From: Camelus ferus
Lineage: Eukaryota
Direction: 5' to 3'
DNA: 64,000 bases
Assembly: GCF_009834535.1 (NCBI RefSeq)
Contig: NC_045697.1
Span: 37,264,001 to 37,328,000, forward strand
The notes beneath the pieces are model-generated. The model saw only the letters and a program-made list of their open reading frames with translations, ran no database searches and had not been told where the DNA came from. Below, piece by piece: positions 13,206-25,729 of this stretch. The position numbers and the translations under genes were made by a program. Numbering within the stretch: the stretch's first letter is position 1; the number at the start of each line of letters is the position of its first letter.

Positions 13206-14184
13206 TAGCCTCCGGCTTAGTCCAGCCAGGCCCCTTAGCACAGGGAGCAGCCCTTTCCTGTGTCCTTGTATTTTCGCACTGCGGTTTTCCATCATGATCT
13301 GAGTCAAGTTCCATTTCTATTACTTTTGCTCGTACTCTCTCTCCCAAACTGCTTTAATCTCTAAATCCCTGTTATTACATTCCTTCTTCTAACAACTCTG
13401 GCTTTTCTAAATATGCCTAATATCATGTCATAATTAAGGTTCTAACCCTAGCTCACATGCCCAAATCCTGAAAGCATCAAAGCAAAGTTGCCTAAGGCAG
13501 AGGCAAAGAAATGGAAATGCATTATTAGCATTTCAGCAGTGTCGTGGGAGCCCCACAAAGAACCAAATGCTGTGTGGTGCACAAAGACACCACCCAGTTC
13601 TCTAGATGGGGTCTGCTGATGACCCTTCTTTTAAAAAGGGATGTTGTGTTCTCATCGTGAATTTATCCAGAGGTCACTCCCGTGAGATGACTGCTCTTAC
13701 GGATTGCTCCTGCCTGGGATCCTTCTGCTGGGGGAATGTCAGGCGGTATTTTAAGCTCACAGGGGAGGCAGGCTTTTAGCCACAATTCTGTAGGCCTGCT
13801 CCCAGTGACAACTCTAAGTGTGTCCTCAGGAAAAGGTCACTGGTTATCATGTCTTCTGCAGACAAGTCTATAGGAAAGAATAAGCCTTGAAGTTCTTTCC
13901 AAAGGTCACCCAACTCCAGGCCTACTTAAAGCCCCCACAGCTGCAGGCCTTCGGCCAAGGACTTTCAGAACACTGGAGGCCATCTGCAACAATCTTGGTA
14001 GAGGAAAGGTCTCAGCTGTCATGGGAGCCCCTGGGAGGAGGTTGGGGAGGAGCCAATCCCCTGGTCAGGATGATCTGTGCTCCCTGGGAACAGAATGCCC
14101 AAGGATATCTGTCAGCCACCTTGACCTTGCTCAGCTTTCTCCATGCTGCGTGAGTATGACTGCATCTTGGGTCCATCACCCTAT

Positions 14185-14350
14185 CCATTCATTCTTCCTT
14201 CCTACCTTCCAGAAATCAATTTCATTTAACAAACATTTATTGACCATCTGCTATAAACAAGCACTCTGCTAGGAATGTGAGGTACATGTGATGAACACAG
14301 GTCTGTGATTCCAGCCCTAGCTGAGAGAGAAAAACAATAAACAAGTAAAC
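14185..14350 (-). mobile_element. L2 fragment
   Basis: tcatttaacaaacatttattgaccatctgctat...gcactctgctagg. Confidence 0.7.
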
Positions 14351-15362
14351 ATCTAAGTGGTTCATTATAATTAGAAGCATATTTACTAGGAAGTTAATAA
14401 AACATGAGCTTTGGGGTAAGCTTTGGGATTTCTGGTTTACACAAGCCTCTTCCATGCCCCCCCAGAGGCTGTGAATATGGGGTGGGGATGGAACACAGGC
14501 TGGGAATTTACTGATCAGCTTACACATTTTTGTAAAGTTTGCAAAAGTAATATATTTTTGTGTTCTCTTTCTTTGCATTCTCTTCCTTAGAAGGCTTCCC
14601 AAATGTGTAACCTTCGGCTGGATTACAATGTAAAGAGCTGTGCATAGATTACCACCTACACACAGAAGCGGAACCTGCATCCCAGCATTTTGTGGAAAAG
14701 TAAATGGGAGACATGTCTGCCGTTGCTGTAAACAAACCTGTTCTCATTTGCCTATTTTCTTTCACAATTGCTTCAGGTTTTCTTATATGCAAATAAAACT
14801 TGATAACCCTCCTTCTGGGGTGACAGTGGAACTTCTCCATCATTGTAAAGTCGAATTTAAAAGTAACCATGTGAGCAACTCATTGTAAACTGAACATCTG
14901 CCTTTTTAGCCTCTGCCTTCTTTACACAGAGAGAAAATAGGGAGGGGAAAAAAAAAGGTAAGGATGATGGGAAAACAGCATTAATATTCTTCTGAGAACT
15001 AGGACCTGAGTGGGCTCTTTAGATTGGAAATACAGCTGCAAGAAAATGCGGGGCAAGCCATGGAGTCAGGACCCAGTGAGGAGGCAGGGCTGGCCCCGGG
15101 GTTCCAGGCTGGAAGGGATCATGGGAGAGTCCTGCAGAATCTGGCCGGCAGTGACTATCAGGGCGAAGATGGGGACATTCTCATCAGCTCTCCAGCATGG
15201 AAGCTGGCTGTGTTCTGGAAACCTGGGTCTGGGACTTAAAGACTTTGTGAGGAGGCTTAGGTGAGTTGGGCAGAAGTTCTTCAGTAGTAAAGAGCTGCTT
15301 TCTACTGGAGCAAGTCATTTCCACACGGGAAAAAAAACGGGACCACAATAGGCAATGAGTAG

Positions 15363-15540
15363 TGTCATGGGCTGGATTGTGACCCTGCCAATTCATATAC
15401 TGAAGTCCTAACTCGCCAGTACCTCAGAATGTTCACTGTATTTGGAGATAGGGTCTTTAAAGAGGTAATGAAGGTTAAATGAGGTCATTCATGTGGGGCC
15501 TAATCCGTTAGGAGTGGTGTCCTTATAAGAAGAGGAGATT
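15363..15540 (+). mobile_element. MLT1B-like LTR 5' half (truncated)
   Basis: tgtcatgggctggattgtg...ccagtacctcagaatg...tatttggagatagggtctttaaagaggtaat...gtccttataagaagaggaga. Confidence 0.85.
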
Positions 15541-15745
15541 TGTAAATAATAAGCTCATTTGTGTCACTTTTTTAGATTCTACATATAAATGATATATGGT
15601 ATTTCTCTTTCTCTTTCTGGCTTGCTTCACTTAGTCTGATGATCTCCAGGTCATCCATGCTGCTGCAGATGGCATTATTTTAATTTTTTTAAGACTGAGT
15701 AGCATTCCATTGTATATATTTACCACAACTTCTTTATCCAATCAT
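15541..15745 (-). mobile_element. Lineage-specific L1 3' fragment
   Basis: tttagattctacatataaatgatatatggtatt...cttcacttag...ttccattgtatat. Confidence 0.8.
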
Positions 15746-16269
15746 TTACCCTACAATTTACCAAAATAACTTTTTGTGAGAGTGAAATCCATCAAGGGAA
15801 ATACTTCATTCCAACACAGATGTCCTATTATAAAAAGAGTAACTTAAGGACAGGGAGTACCAGAGACATGACTGATGGCTAGACAGATGATAGATGTATA
15901 CTGTAGGTGCTATAGGTGTACTTTCCCATTTTGATAATAATATAATTTATTGTGGAAATTTAGGAAACACAGAAAAAACAGGAAGAAAAGCAAATCATGT
16001 GCATTTTCACCAGCCACATTTAACTATAGTTAACAGCATGGCGTGTATGTGTCTTCCCAGGAGGTAGGGGAAAAGAAAAACCTCTCTCAGAAATTCCAGT
16101 ATCAAAAGAAAGCAACTTTAGCATTTTGTTGTAATTCCTCACAATTTTCCCCCTGTGTTTGCTATAGAGGGTTGTGCTTGTACAAAATACACTGATCTGA
16201 AGACAGAGTTAATATTCTGAAAGCTGATGAAAGACAACCATTTGTACTGCCTTTTCTATAGAAACTGTA

Positions 16270-17600
16270 TTTTAAAGTAAACAAATAATTGATGAGGAAA
16301 AGTTCCTTTTCATAGAAGCATTCCTGCTGATAAATAACAGATGGAATGACAGAATTAGAAAATCACCATTACCTTAGGTTAGGCAAAGGATTTTTATACA
16401 GGAGATGAAAAATACAAAACATAAAAGAAAAATATTGATCAGTTATAAACATTTGCTCTTCAAAAGATACTTTAAGAAAAAGGAAACACAGCCATAGACT
16501 GAGAGAAATTATTTGTAAAACATACATCTAACAAAAGACTAGTATCTATAATATATAAGGAACTCATAACTCAATAATAAGACAATTAAAATGGATGAAA
16601 AATAAAATGGATGAAATAACTATAAATGGAGTATAAACTCTAAAAATTGTAAGTCAGTATGTTGTACATCTGAAACTTATATAATATTGTAAATCAACTA
16701 TACTTCAATAAATAAATATGTTTCGAATGGATGAAAACTTGGACACCTCACTAAAGAAGTTTTAGACACACACACACACATATATATGGAAAGCAAACTG
16801 AACACATAAAAATGCTCAACATCATGAATAATTAGAGAAGTGAAACTTAAACTCATAATGTGATTGCACTACACATCCATGAGAACAGCTAAAATTGAGA
16901 AGACTACACATGAGGGTTAGCAAGGATGGCAAGCAATGGGCACTCTCTGCCACACAGCTCCGAATGTACAGCCACTCTAGGAAGTAAATTGGCCTCTTCT
17001 TACTAAGTAAAATATATACCTTCCCAGTGACCTAGCAGTTCTTCTCCTGGGTATTTACTCAAGAGAAATGAAAATACATGTCACAGAGATGTATATGCAG
17101 ATTATCACAGTAGCTTTATTCCTAATAGCACAAACAGTAAGCAATCGGAATGTCAATCATCAACAGAAAATAGACTGTGATATATCTATAAACAAAATAT
17201 AGCCTGAAGATAAAAATGAATAAACTACGGAGACCCACAATAGCATGGCCAAACCTTACAGCATTCTGCTAAGTGAAAGAAGCCAGACAGAAAAGATGAC
17301 AATTATGAAAACATGAAATTCTGCAAGAGGAAAATAATAGTGACATAAAGCAGATCAGTGGTTTTTAGAGGCCAAGGCGGTTATTGATGGCAAAGAGGCA
17401 TGAGGGGAGTTTTGGGGTGATAGAACTGTAACGGTGCTTGATCATGGTGCTGTATATATTCACACATTCGGGGTACTACATATACTGTGTGCTGTATATC
17501 CACGTGATGTTGTGTACTGTACACATTGGCCAACACTCATTGAACTGTATACTTTAAATGGGTGAAATGTGCTGTAAGTATACTGCACTTCAGTTAGCTG
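16270..17600 (+). mobile_element. Old L1 fragments (L1MC/ME-like) with a younger L1 3' end inserted at about 16617-16725
   Basis: aaaagactagtatctataatatataaggaactc, ctcctgggtatttactcaagagaaatgaaaa; inner insert flanked by aatggatgaaa (16606-16616 / 16726-16736). Confidence 0.8.
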
Positions 17601-17618
17601 ATCTGACATACCACTCTT

Positions 17619-17805
17619 TTTTTTTTACATTTTAAAATCTATTCAAGATATTTTTGTTGGTCTATGACGGTGATTCATATTTCTGCATCCATATGAATAT
17701 ATAGTTTTTGTGCATTTCATTGACTTTCCTTCCTTGATATTTTAAAGCATATTTGTGTATCTTGACTGAAGTATCATAGGAAAAATGTTTTTATTTGCAA
17801 GAATA
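17619..17805 (-). pseudogene. Poly(A)-tailed, TSD-flanked retro-insertion of unidentified non-repeat sequence
   Basis: Perfect 15-bp TSD tgacataccactctt (17604-17618 / 17806-17820); T-run right after the left TSD. Confidence 0.8.
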
Positions 17806-17896
17806 TGACATACCACTCTTAATAGTCTTGCCAAAGGGATCAAACCCAAGTCTGTTCAAGTCTCTGGGTCCAGCTGCCAGTTTTTAGGAAAGAGAG

Positions 17897-18662
17897 TGTT
17901 GCTGAAACACAGCCTTGGTATCCTACTTACCAAATTGAGACTTGAGGACAGAGTTTTGGGTGAAGTAGAAATGGCAGCTTTACTTCTTTGCCAGGCAAAA
18001 GAGGTGTCAGTGGGTTGATGCCTCTGAGACTGTGAACCTGCTTGGGAGAGGAGGCAATGGGTTTTAAAGTAAAAGTTCAAGAATTCAAAGGGCGGAGCTA
18101 ATTTCCTTAGAGACTGCATATAGGGTAACAAATTGTTGCAATGTTGTTCTTAGTTTTGCGATGCAGTGGTCCCTTTCCCTCTGCTGGGTGTGAAGTTCAC
18201 CTCCAGCTTTAGGATTCTCTTAATGTTCCTGTACCTAGACCAAAGGATGCATAAGAAGGGGCTCCATGGAAAAAGCCCTAGAGAAAAACTTGAGCAGTTT
18301 AAAGTCAGGTTGATAAATGCTTTTAGCTTTTTAAGCAGGCTGAATCCTGGGGTCGCCTGCTACAGGCTAAAGCCTGTAGCTTGAACAACAGGGTACAAGG
18401 AAACCACAAGGGGTCAAGAAGAAGGCACTGGGGTCAAGAGTAGGGAACTGGGGGCAAGAGCAGGGCACTAAGCACGATCCATGCATGCAGCACCATGAGG
18501 GGGTTGGGCAGACCACCCAAGCCCCCCTCCTCTCCAGCCCAACCCTGGTCAGCAAGAGCATGAGAAAAACCCTTGAAACCATGATACAGCTAAGCAGTTA
18601 CAAACATCATTACAGATATCAGATGGTCACAGATGATGACAGTAGGGTCCTGCTCAGTTACA
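17897..18662 (-). mobile_element. ERV1-type solo LTR (artiodactyl-like) inserted in an L1MC 3' region
   Basis: Minus strand starts tgtaactgagcaggaccc and ends ...cagcaaca; U5/R-like gggtgaagtagaaa...ctttgccaggcaaa; TSD not resolved. Confidence 0.7.
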
Positions 18663-18679
18663 ACTGGAGAAAAGAAGAT

Positions 18680-19500
18680 GCTGAGCAGCACCATGATGTG
18701 CAAGCAACACAGTGCAGACTCTGGGACCCTCGGCAGGGCACACAGTCCAGGTTCTTTAACAGATAAATTATAAGGGAAAAATAGTAATAGAAAGGAAGCC
18801 TGTAGATTGAGACTTCGTGACATTCCAAGTTTAAAAAAATCAGAAAGACTGAACTCTGGCGTCTTGGTTGATGAGACATAAAGAAACATACGAAAGTGAT
18901 GATTGTAAAAAGCAGGATAGTGATTATATTTGGAGGGTATGATGGGCTGAATTATGCACCCCCCCAATATATACGTTAAAGTCCTGACCTCCTGTACCTC
19001 AGAACATGACTGGATTTGGAGAAAAATCCTTCAAAGAGGTAATTAAAGTTAAATAAAGGCTTTAGGGTGGACCCTCGTCCAATATGACTGGTGTCCTTGT
19101 AAGAAGAGGAGATTGGGGCACATACACTCGCAGACACAGGAGAGACCACGTGAGGGCACAGCAAGAAGGCAGCCATCTGCAAGCCAGGAGGAGAGGCCTC
19201 CGAAGAAATCAACCTGCCAACACCTCCATCTTGGACTTCCAGCCTCCAGAAGTGAGGGGATAAATCTGTGTAGTTTAAACTACTCATTGGGTGGCAGCCC
19301 TAGCCAACAAACGGAGGGAGACAGGGACTTGCAGGTGGATGGAGCACAGGTGGGACACTTTGGGGTCACTGACAAAGTTCAATTTCTTATTCTGAGTGGT
19401 GGTTACAAGGGTGTTTGCCTTATAATAATTGTTAATCTCTGTATTTGTTTTGGGCAGTTTTCTGTGTCTTTTATTTTCTAAGAAAGGAGTTGAAAACAAA
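18680..19500 (+). mobile_element. L1MC4-like 3' fragments interrupted by MLT1B
   Basis: cagactctgggacc...ggttctttaacagataaatt...agcctgtagattgaga; resumes after 19315 (tggtggttacaagggtgtttgccttataataatt). Confidence 0.6.
18938..19310 (+). mobile_element. MLT1B solo LTR
   Basis: gggctgaattatg...gtacctcagaac...ggcagccatctgcaagccaggaggagaggcctc...ttggacttccagcctccagaa...ggcagccctagc. Confidence 0.9.
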
Positions 19501-20676
19501 AATGGAAACAGAGATTAGTTGGAAACAAAGATTATCTAGGTAACAGGTAAGGCTGGTTTGGACTGGGGCAGGGGGTAGAGGAGTTGGTGAGAAGCGGGGT
19601 TGCTTGCTGAAGGATTTTTCTAGACTAGGAGGATGCAGGAGAGATAGGGGTCAAAATAACTGCCTTGAGGGTGACAGGGTGAAGGTTTACATGACTTGGT
19701 TGTGAGCTGGAAATTATTAAAGCTGGGTGATGGGAACATGGGTGCTCGTAACACTATTCTGTCGACTTTTATATATACTTCAAATTTTTCATGTTAAAAA
19801 ATAAAATGAGGGAAAGTGCCAGTAAGAAACTAAAAAAAAAAAAAAAGCGTCTGTATCATTATTTCTCATAAGTTGTGCCCATTTAATATTTCAGTTGTCG
19901 CTTTTTAGGTCAGACTGGTTCTCCCACATGCATTTCGGCTCTTGTCTTGGAAGGTTTCTTTGCATCCTATTGAGGATGCTCAGTGAGGTTTTATCATGTT
20001 CCTCTGATTCTTATAAATCCTTTTTGAAGGTTTGCTATTCCTCTGAGTCTTTAGGATAATCTTATATTTTTCTTCTTCGGCAATATTTGTATAGGCCTCA
20101 TGTGCCCTACTTTTTTTAAGGTTTCATCTTCAAAGGTAGGGACTTGCGTGCAGACTGTGTTTTCCAGAAGGACCAGACTTGAGGATGGTCACTGGCTCTG
20201 TTCCCTGTTCACCTGGATACCGGAGCTCCTTCTGAGAACTGCAGCTCAAGGGCATGTTTATTCAAAAGAGCCTGGTGTCTGTTATTCTGGCCCTTTTCAG
20301 AGCTGCCAGACCCATATCCCAGCTAACACGCGTGAACAATTACATGCCTTTTTGGGGCCTTATTTAACACCTTAGACCTTGCAATCGCTTCTAATCTGCA
20401 CGGTTTCTCCCTGATACGTACTTGGAGACCCCAGACAAGGAAGTCTCTCCTTTTTATCCCTAGGTGGTTGCACACAACTCTGAAGTTGAGCAGTGGGGTG
20501 GGGCATGAAGCTGAGGGCAGCTTTTAAGCTGTTCGTGAGGGACTGTCTCATTTCAAACATCACATGATTGCAGGCCTGTACGTAAGTACGCCGTAGACTC
20601 CATTTAGGACAGGTAGCCCAGAGGATGCTATGCCTCCAGCATCCTCCATCCAGGCACCAGTCACCCCTCATCAGAC

Positions 20677-20822
20677 TTTTATTTTATTTTATTTTATTTA
20701 TTTTATTTTATTATTTTTATTTTATTTTATTTTTATTTTTTATTGAAGTATAGTTGATTCACAGTGTTGTGTTAGTTTCTGGTGTGCAGCATAGTGATTC
20801 AGTTTTACATATATATATTCTC
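20677..20822 (-). mobile_element. Young L1 3' end with (TTTTA)n tail
   Basis: (tttta)n at 20677-20743, then attgaagtatagttgattcacagtgttgtgttagtttctggtgtgcagcatagtgattcag. Confidence 0.85.
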
Positions 20823-21119
20823 AAGAGATAAGAGAGAGGTGGTATTAAAAATATTTAACAGTTGGTATGTCAAGGACATGGATCATGCAGAAGGTGTACT
20901 GGCCCTTACCCAGTACCTTGGCAAGTGATACTATCTCAGTACAGTGTGGGTGAGAGCACCTTAGACCCTCAGAACGGGTACAGGAGTTCTCTTCTGGTTG
21001 ACATTCACAGTGTCCTGAGTGATGGGAACTTGGCCCAAGTCCCCCAAGCACCTAGATTTCAGTCCTCGTTCTAGCCTATGTGTCAGCCTATGGCTTGCCC
21101 CAAGTGATCCTCTTCCTTG

Positions 21120-21500
21120 TTGTGGCAGAGACGGCTTGTCATCTGTACACTCTCCATTCTCCCTTTCTTCTATGGTGTAGAAGTAACACAAGTTGAGAAC
21201 CTCGTCACCCAGCTAAGGATTACATTTCCCAGCCTCCTTTGCAGCTATGTGTGGCCATGTGACTAAGATCAACACCAAAGGGATGGATGTGAGCCAAAGC
21301 CATGCCCTTAAAAGGAGTGGAACATGCCCTCCTCTCACCTCACTCTCCCATCTCACTGCCTGGAACGGAGACACGGCTTTGAAAGCTGAGACAGCCATTT
21401 CGTCTGCAGGAAGGAATCCAGGAGAGGAAATGCAGAGGACTTATAGAAGGACTTTGTTCTCTGAAGACTGTGGAGCTGCTGTAGCCTTCCCTAGCGGTTT
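21120..21500. mobile_element. MLT1J/I-like LTR fragment
   Basis: tgtggcagag...cccagctaaggattacatttcccagcctcctttgcagctatgtgtggccatgtgactaag. Confidence 0.7.
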
Positions 21501-21614
21501 CTTCTCTCACCCTGTATACCACCATTACACTCTCCTTAGGTGCAGCAAGGTGACTGCAGCATATAAACTACATACCAGTCGGGTAGACGCACACACCACA
21601 CTCCACTTGGCAGA

Positions 21615-21760
21615 AATGAACTTTCATGTGCATATGAATCACCTGAAGATCTTGTTAAAATGCAGTCTTATTTCAGTAGATATGCGCTGGGGCCCGAAAT
21701 TCAGCATTTCTAGCAATCTGTGATGCCAAATGCTGGTCCGAACACACTCTAAGTGAGGGT
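21615..21760. mobile_element. MER5A
   Basis: gaatcacctgaagatcttgttaaaatgcag...ggggcccgaaattcagcatttcta. Confidence 0.8.
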
Positions 21761-22069
21761 CTAAAGCACTGACCCTGGTTTCTGAACGGTCCCCCTATTT
21801 GCTCCATTTTCAGTCTGCAGGGCCGTCCAGGTCTCTGAAACAGGGTGCATCTCCCTCTCCCATCTCCTGCCCATGGTCTGTCAAACACGAGGATCCTTTC
21901 TGATGTGGTTCCTTGTCTTATATTGGCTTCTGCGTGACACTGCCAACTCCGTGTCTGTCTTGGTCTAAAGTTAGGCTTTCCTGCAGAATGAAAGCTTTGT
22001 CCAGATATACAGTCCCAGACAGTAGGTAGTCCTAGACCTTGGCAGGTAGCATCAGAGAAGTTATTCCCA

Positions 22070-22330
22070 GGCTAAAGTCATTATCCAAATGCCTCCTTCT
22101 CAGGGAGACCTTTCTTTCCAGGCCATTTTCTCTAAATTTGCCACCCACCCTGACATTTCCCTGCTTTATTCCATTCCCCCTACCCCTTGCCCTTAACGAA
22201 CTTATTACCATCTAACATTTTACATGTTCATTTTATTTATTGTCTGTCTTATCCTACTAGGATGTAAGCTAAAATGTATTGGAATGGAATAGAAATAAAA
22301 TGTATTTGGAGGACGAATGGATGAATGACA
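22070..22330 (+). mobile_element. L2 fragment
   Basis: aaatgcctccttctcagggagacctt...ttatttattgtctgtct...tactaggatgtaagct. Confidence 0.7.
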
Positions 22331-23559
22331 GGCAGGTGATGCTCATAAACAGAGAAACAGGGGCTGACAGAGATGCCTTCAGGGAGGTGGGATGGGAGAT
22401 GGAACTCCTGTCTTTGTGGGGTACCAGGCAGGGTACCAAGGCAGGTCCTCAGACACCTCAAATAGCACAGTGATCTCATAGATAAGACCAGAGCCAAAGA
22501 TCTGGCTACTCTTCCCCATCACTGCCATTAATCCTCATTTGTGGAATCTTACTCGTGATAGCCATCATCCAGCCTACAACTCTGCAGGATGGATACCATT
22601 GCCCCTGTTTGACGGGTGAAGATAGAGACTTAGAGAATGTAAATATGTATCCAAGAAGCAGAGTTGGGATCTAAATCCAAGACACTAGGGGTTTGATCTG
22701 GGAGTTTCAAAATAAAGCTGGGTCTGCCAGTGAAAGTCAAATGGCCCTAACTTTCAGGAAAGGAAGAGTGAAGAGGCTGTGACTTGGCAGTGCAAGTATC
22801 TTCCTGGGTTCTCTACCCCGGGGATTCTATTCTCATCTCTCCTCTGACCACTGGCCTTGGGCCTCTCTTCCAAGCATCTCCCTCAGGACAGCCTGCTGCT
22901 CTTCCTTCTGTGAAACAGACTATTCTAATGACACTAGCTCCCCACTCACCTTCAACTTTTCACAACTCCATCTGCCAGCAACGTCAGATCACTGGGCCAC
23001 CTGACAGTCCCCTCCCCTTCCACAACCTGACAGAGATGAAGCAATGACCCAGAGGGTGCACACCCCGTCACCCCTCACACTGCACAATACAGTAGGGGAC
23101 ATCCCTTAATCTGTAATCACTTCAAGTGTCAGCAAATATTCGACACAGACGAAAGCATGGCCACTGTTCTTCCGAGGAAGATAATGCATCAATATCCACT
23201 TCCACTCAACTCCAGGCGCAAGCACTGAGTGCCTGCCAGAGAGCCCGCCTAAGATTCCCGCCCCTGCGGTGGGGTTCGGGGATTGGAGGAGGGAGTCCTT
23301 AAAGCTGAGGGAAGGATTTCTGGCTTCTGCTTTGCTCCCTGCCCCCAAGCTGTTATTAAAGCCTGCACATGTCTTCAAACAGCATCCACACCTGTGACCT
23401 GGCCCTTCTGCCCGGCAAGTGTCTGCCTCTATTATTAAAGCATCTTGCAATTACAGTGACGGGGAGAGGGCCTGGGCAACCTCAGCCTCCCTCTTTCCAT
23501 GAGTGACACAAAATCATGCCTTGTGTTTAGAGAGCTCTTCTCTGAGGAACGCCAATGGC

Positions 23560-23735
23560 CTTCTAGACACAATCCCCTTCATTCGCCCAACAGCCTGATG
23601 AGGCCGACCAGGAACAGGTATCCTTTGTCAACCTTGTCTGCTCCTTTCCAGAGGAAAGAACCGAGGCCCAAAGAAATTCAGGTCAATCTGAACCTGAGAG
23701 ACTGCTAGTAATAAACCCCGCGTCGTCTGACCCCT
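23560..23735 (-). mobile_element. MIR (GC-shifted)
   Basis: cattcgcccaacagcctgatgagg...ccagaggaaagaaccgaggcccaaaga...aaaccccgcgtcgtctgacc. Confidence 0.55.
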
Positions 23736-23924
23736 GCCTGCCAGTGGCCCATTCACCCCTTCCTGACAACGGCCTGAGCACAGTCGGGGATTTTTATGTT
23801 TCTATACACGAGGACCTAAGAACAGATCGGATTTCGTGAATCTGTGCTTCTTAGCCTAGTAGAACAGGTGAGCCAGCCTAAATGAAAGATGGAAGAGAAT
23901 TCAGGGTTTCAAATAGATGAGAAG

Positions 23925-24105
23925 CCAGGAGACGAGGGGGGCAGGCGGAAGGGGCGGGTGAGCGCCGTAGGACCGGCTTCAAAGCTCGGAATCGCTGAGA
24001 TCTCCGCTGATCGGAACCCCCGGGCGCAGAGGTGTGTGCTCAACAGCGGGCGTGAAACCCAGTGAACGGCGGTCCGTGACTCAGACGCAAGGATTAATGC
24101 CTCGT
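23925..24105. promoter_or_regulatory. CpG-rich patch with GC box, ETS and AP-1 motifs
   Basis: Dense CpGs; ggcggaag, ggggcggg, tgactca (about 24077). Confidence 0.45.
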
Positions 24106-25214
24106 CTGTTCTTCAGGGTTCATCCGTTTTGAAATATTCAAAACAAAGGCAGAAGGCTGTGGTTTATGGTTCTGCTTTCTCAGATAGGGCAGCTCAGACG
24201 CCCAGGTTGTTGATAAATAAGGAGGAAGGGCATGGCACTGAATAGAATGATAACAGTCAACATTCATCAATCACTCACTCTGAGTCAGATATGACCATAC
24301 ACCTGCTTTATATTCAAGCTTCCCGACCAGCCTCTGAGGTCTTATTATTATCCCCATTGGACTTTTGAGAAAATTTAGGCTTAAGGAATATGGCTAATGG
24401 GCCCAATATACTTTGCCCAACTTTTCCTCTAATATTCCCAGACCTGTTCAAATTGTTCTGCAAGGAAAGACCGAATAATTTGTACAGCAAGGAGTTGCAT
24501 GATGGACACCGGAATTTTTCATTCCCAAGAAAGCAAGTGAAATGTCAGGATGAATAGTCAATACAGGGAAGCATAGCCTACTTTCTAAAATTCAGGGACA
24601 GCATCCTGTCTGGAGAACTTCAACTTCCTTTTGAAAATCATCACCCTAATTCATTACATATTCAAACATCAAGGGATGATCTGTTAAGGTCCAGCATAAG
24701 CTGATTTTCCATTTGTTTCTTCGAAAATCAGCTCATAGCCAAATGAGACAAACAGTATTTTAGAAAGAAATTTGCAGTAGCTAGATTGTATCCCTCTGAG
24801 GGTGGGGACTGTATTTTTTATACTTCCTAGGACAGTACTCATCTCTTTCTTGCTCTGCTCCTGAAAGCATCTGGTACAGCCACAAAGACCTACCAGGCAT
24901 GCAATTTGAGAGAGTGGGCAGAGCTTTAGACTAGGGGTCAGGAGACCTTGGGCAAATCATTTTGCTTATATGGGCCTCAGTTTCTTCATCTGTAAAATGG
25001 GAGTTCTGTTAATCTATTGTACCATGATTCCAAGAGCCCACTCTGGGACTCAGAAAACATCTGTTGTCACTGTTCAAAGTCAAGGGAAGGAGTGGTGCCT
25101 CGTTTTTACACCACCCACCCCTTCATTGCTTCCATCTCATGCATATCACAGGGTCCCTCTCCTGCTTCACTGCCTGTTAATAAAGCCAGAGACAAAGTAA
25201 GTGGAGTGGTTTGA

Positions 25215-25365
25215 TGTCACTTTTCTTTGATAGACCTAAAGCTCCAGGAGAACAGGAACTTTGTTCTGCTCACCAGTGCATTCCCAGTGCTCAGCACAGA
25301 GCAGCTACTTAATAAGTAGTTGTAAAGAAATAATGAAAGAATATTTGTAATGAATAAATGAACAC
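25215..25365 (+). mobile_element. L2 3' end
   Basis: aagctccaggagaacaggaactttgttctgctcacc...ccagtgctcagcacagag...aatgaataaatgaa. Confidence 0.75.
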
Positions 25366-25729
25366 AGAGACATGTTTGGGAAGTCAAGAGGGGAGGCATC
25401 TTGGATTACAAAGAATTCAATTACAAAAACTTTCTAGAAAACATTCTATTTTAGAGATCTTTAAAAAAATTTTTTTTAACTTAGTAAATGGAAAAATATG
25501 GATAGATGAGATCCTGAAGGAATCCTAATGGCTAATGAGAATATGAAAAATTGTTTAATCTCCATTAATCAGAGAACCAAAAATTAGAACAATAAAATCA
25601 CATTTTTCTCTATAAAATTAGGAAAAAAGAAAAGACAGTATCTCTCGATAGGGAGATGTTGATGGTGAAGACCATGGAAGACAATTTGATGTCTCCCTCA
25701 AAATGAAATATGAATACCATTTGGCTATC

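Noticed and set aside
18630..18686. C/D-box snoRNA-like ATGATGA...CTGA
   Set aside because: Too short, no terminal stem, straddles an LTR/L1 junction
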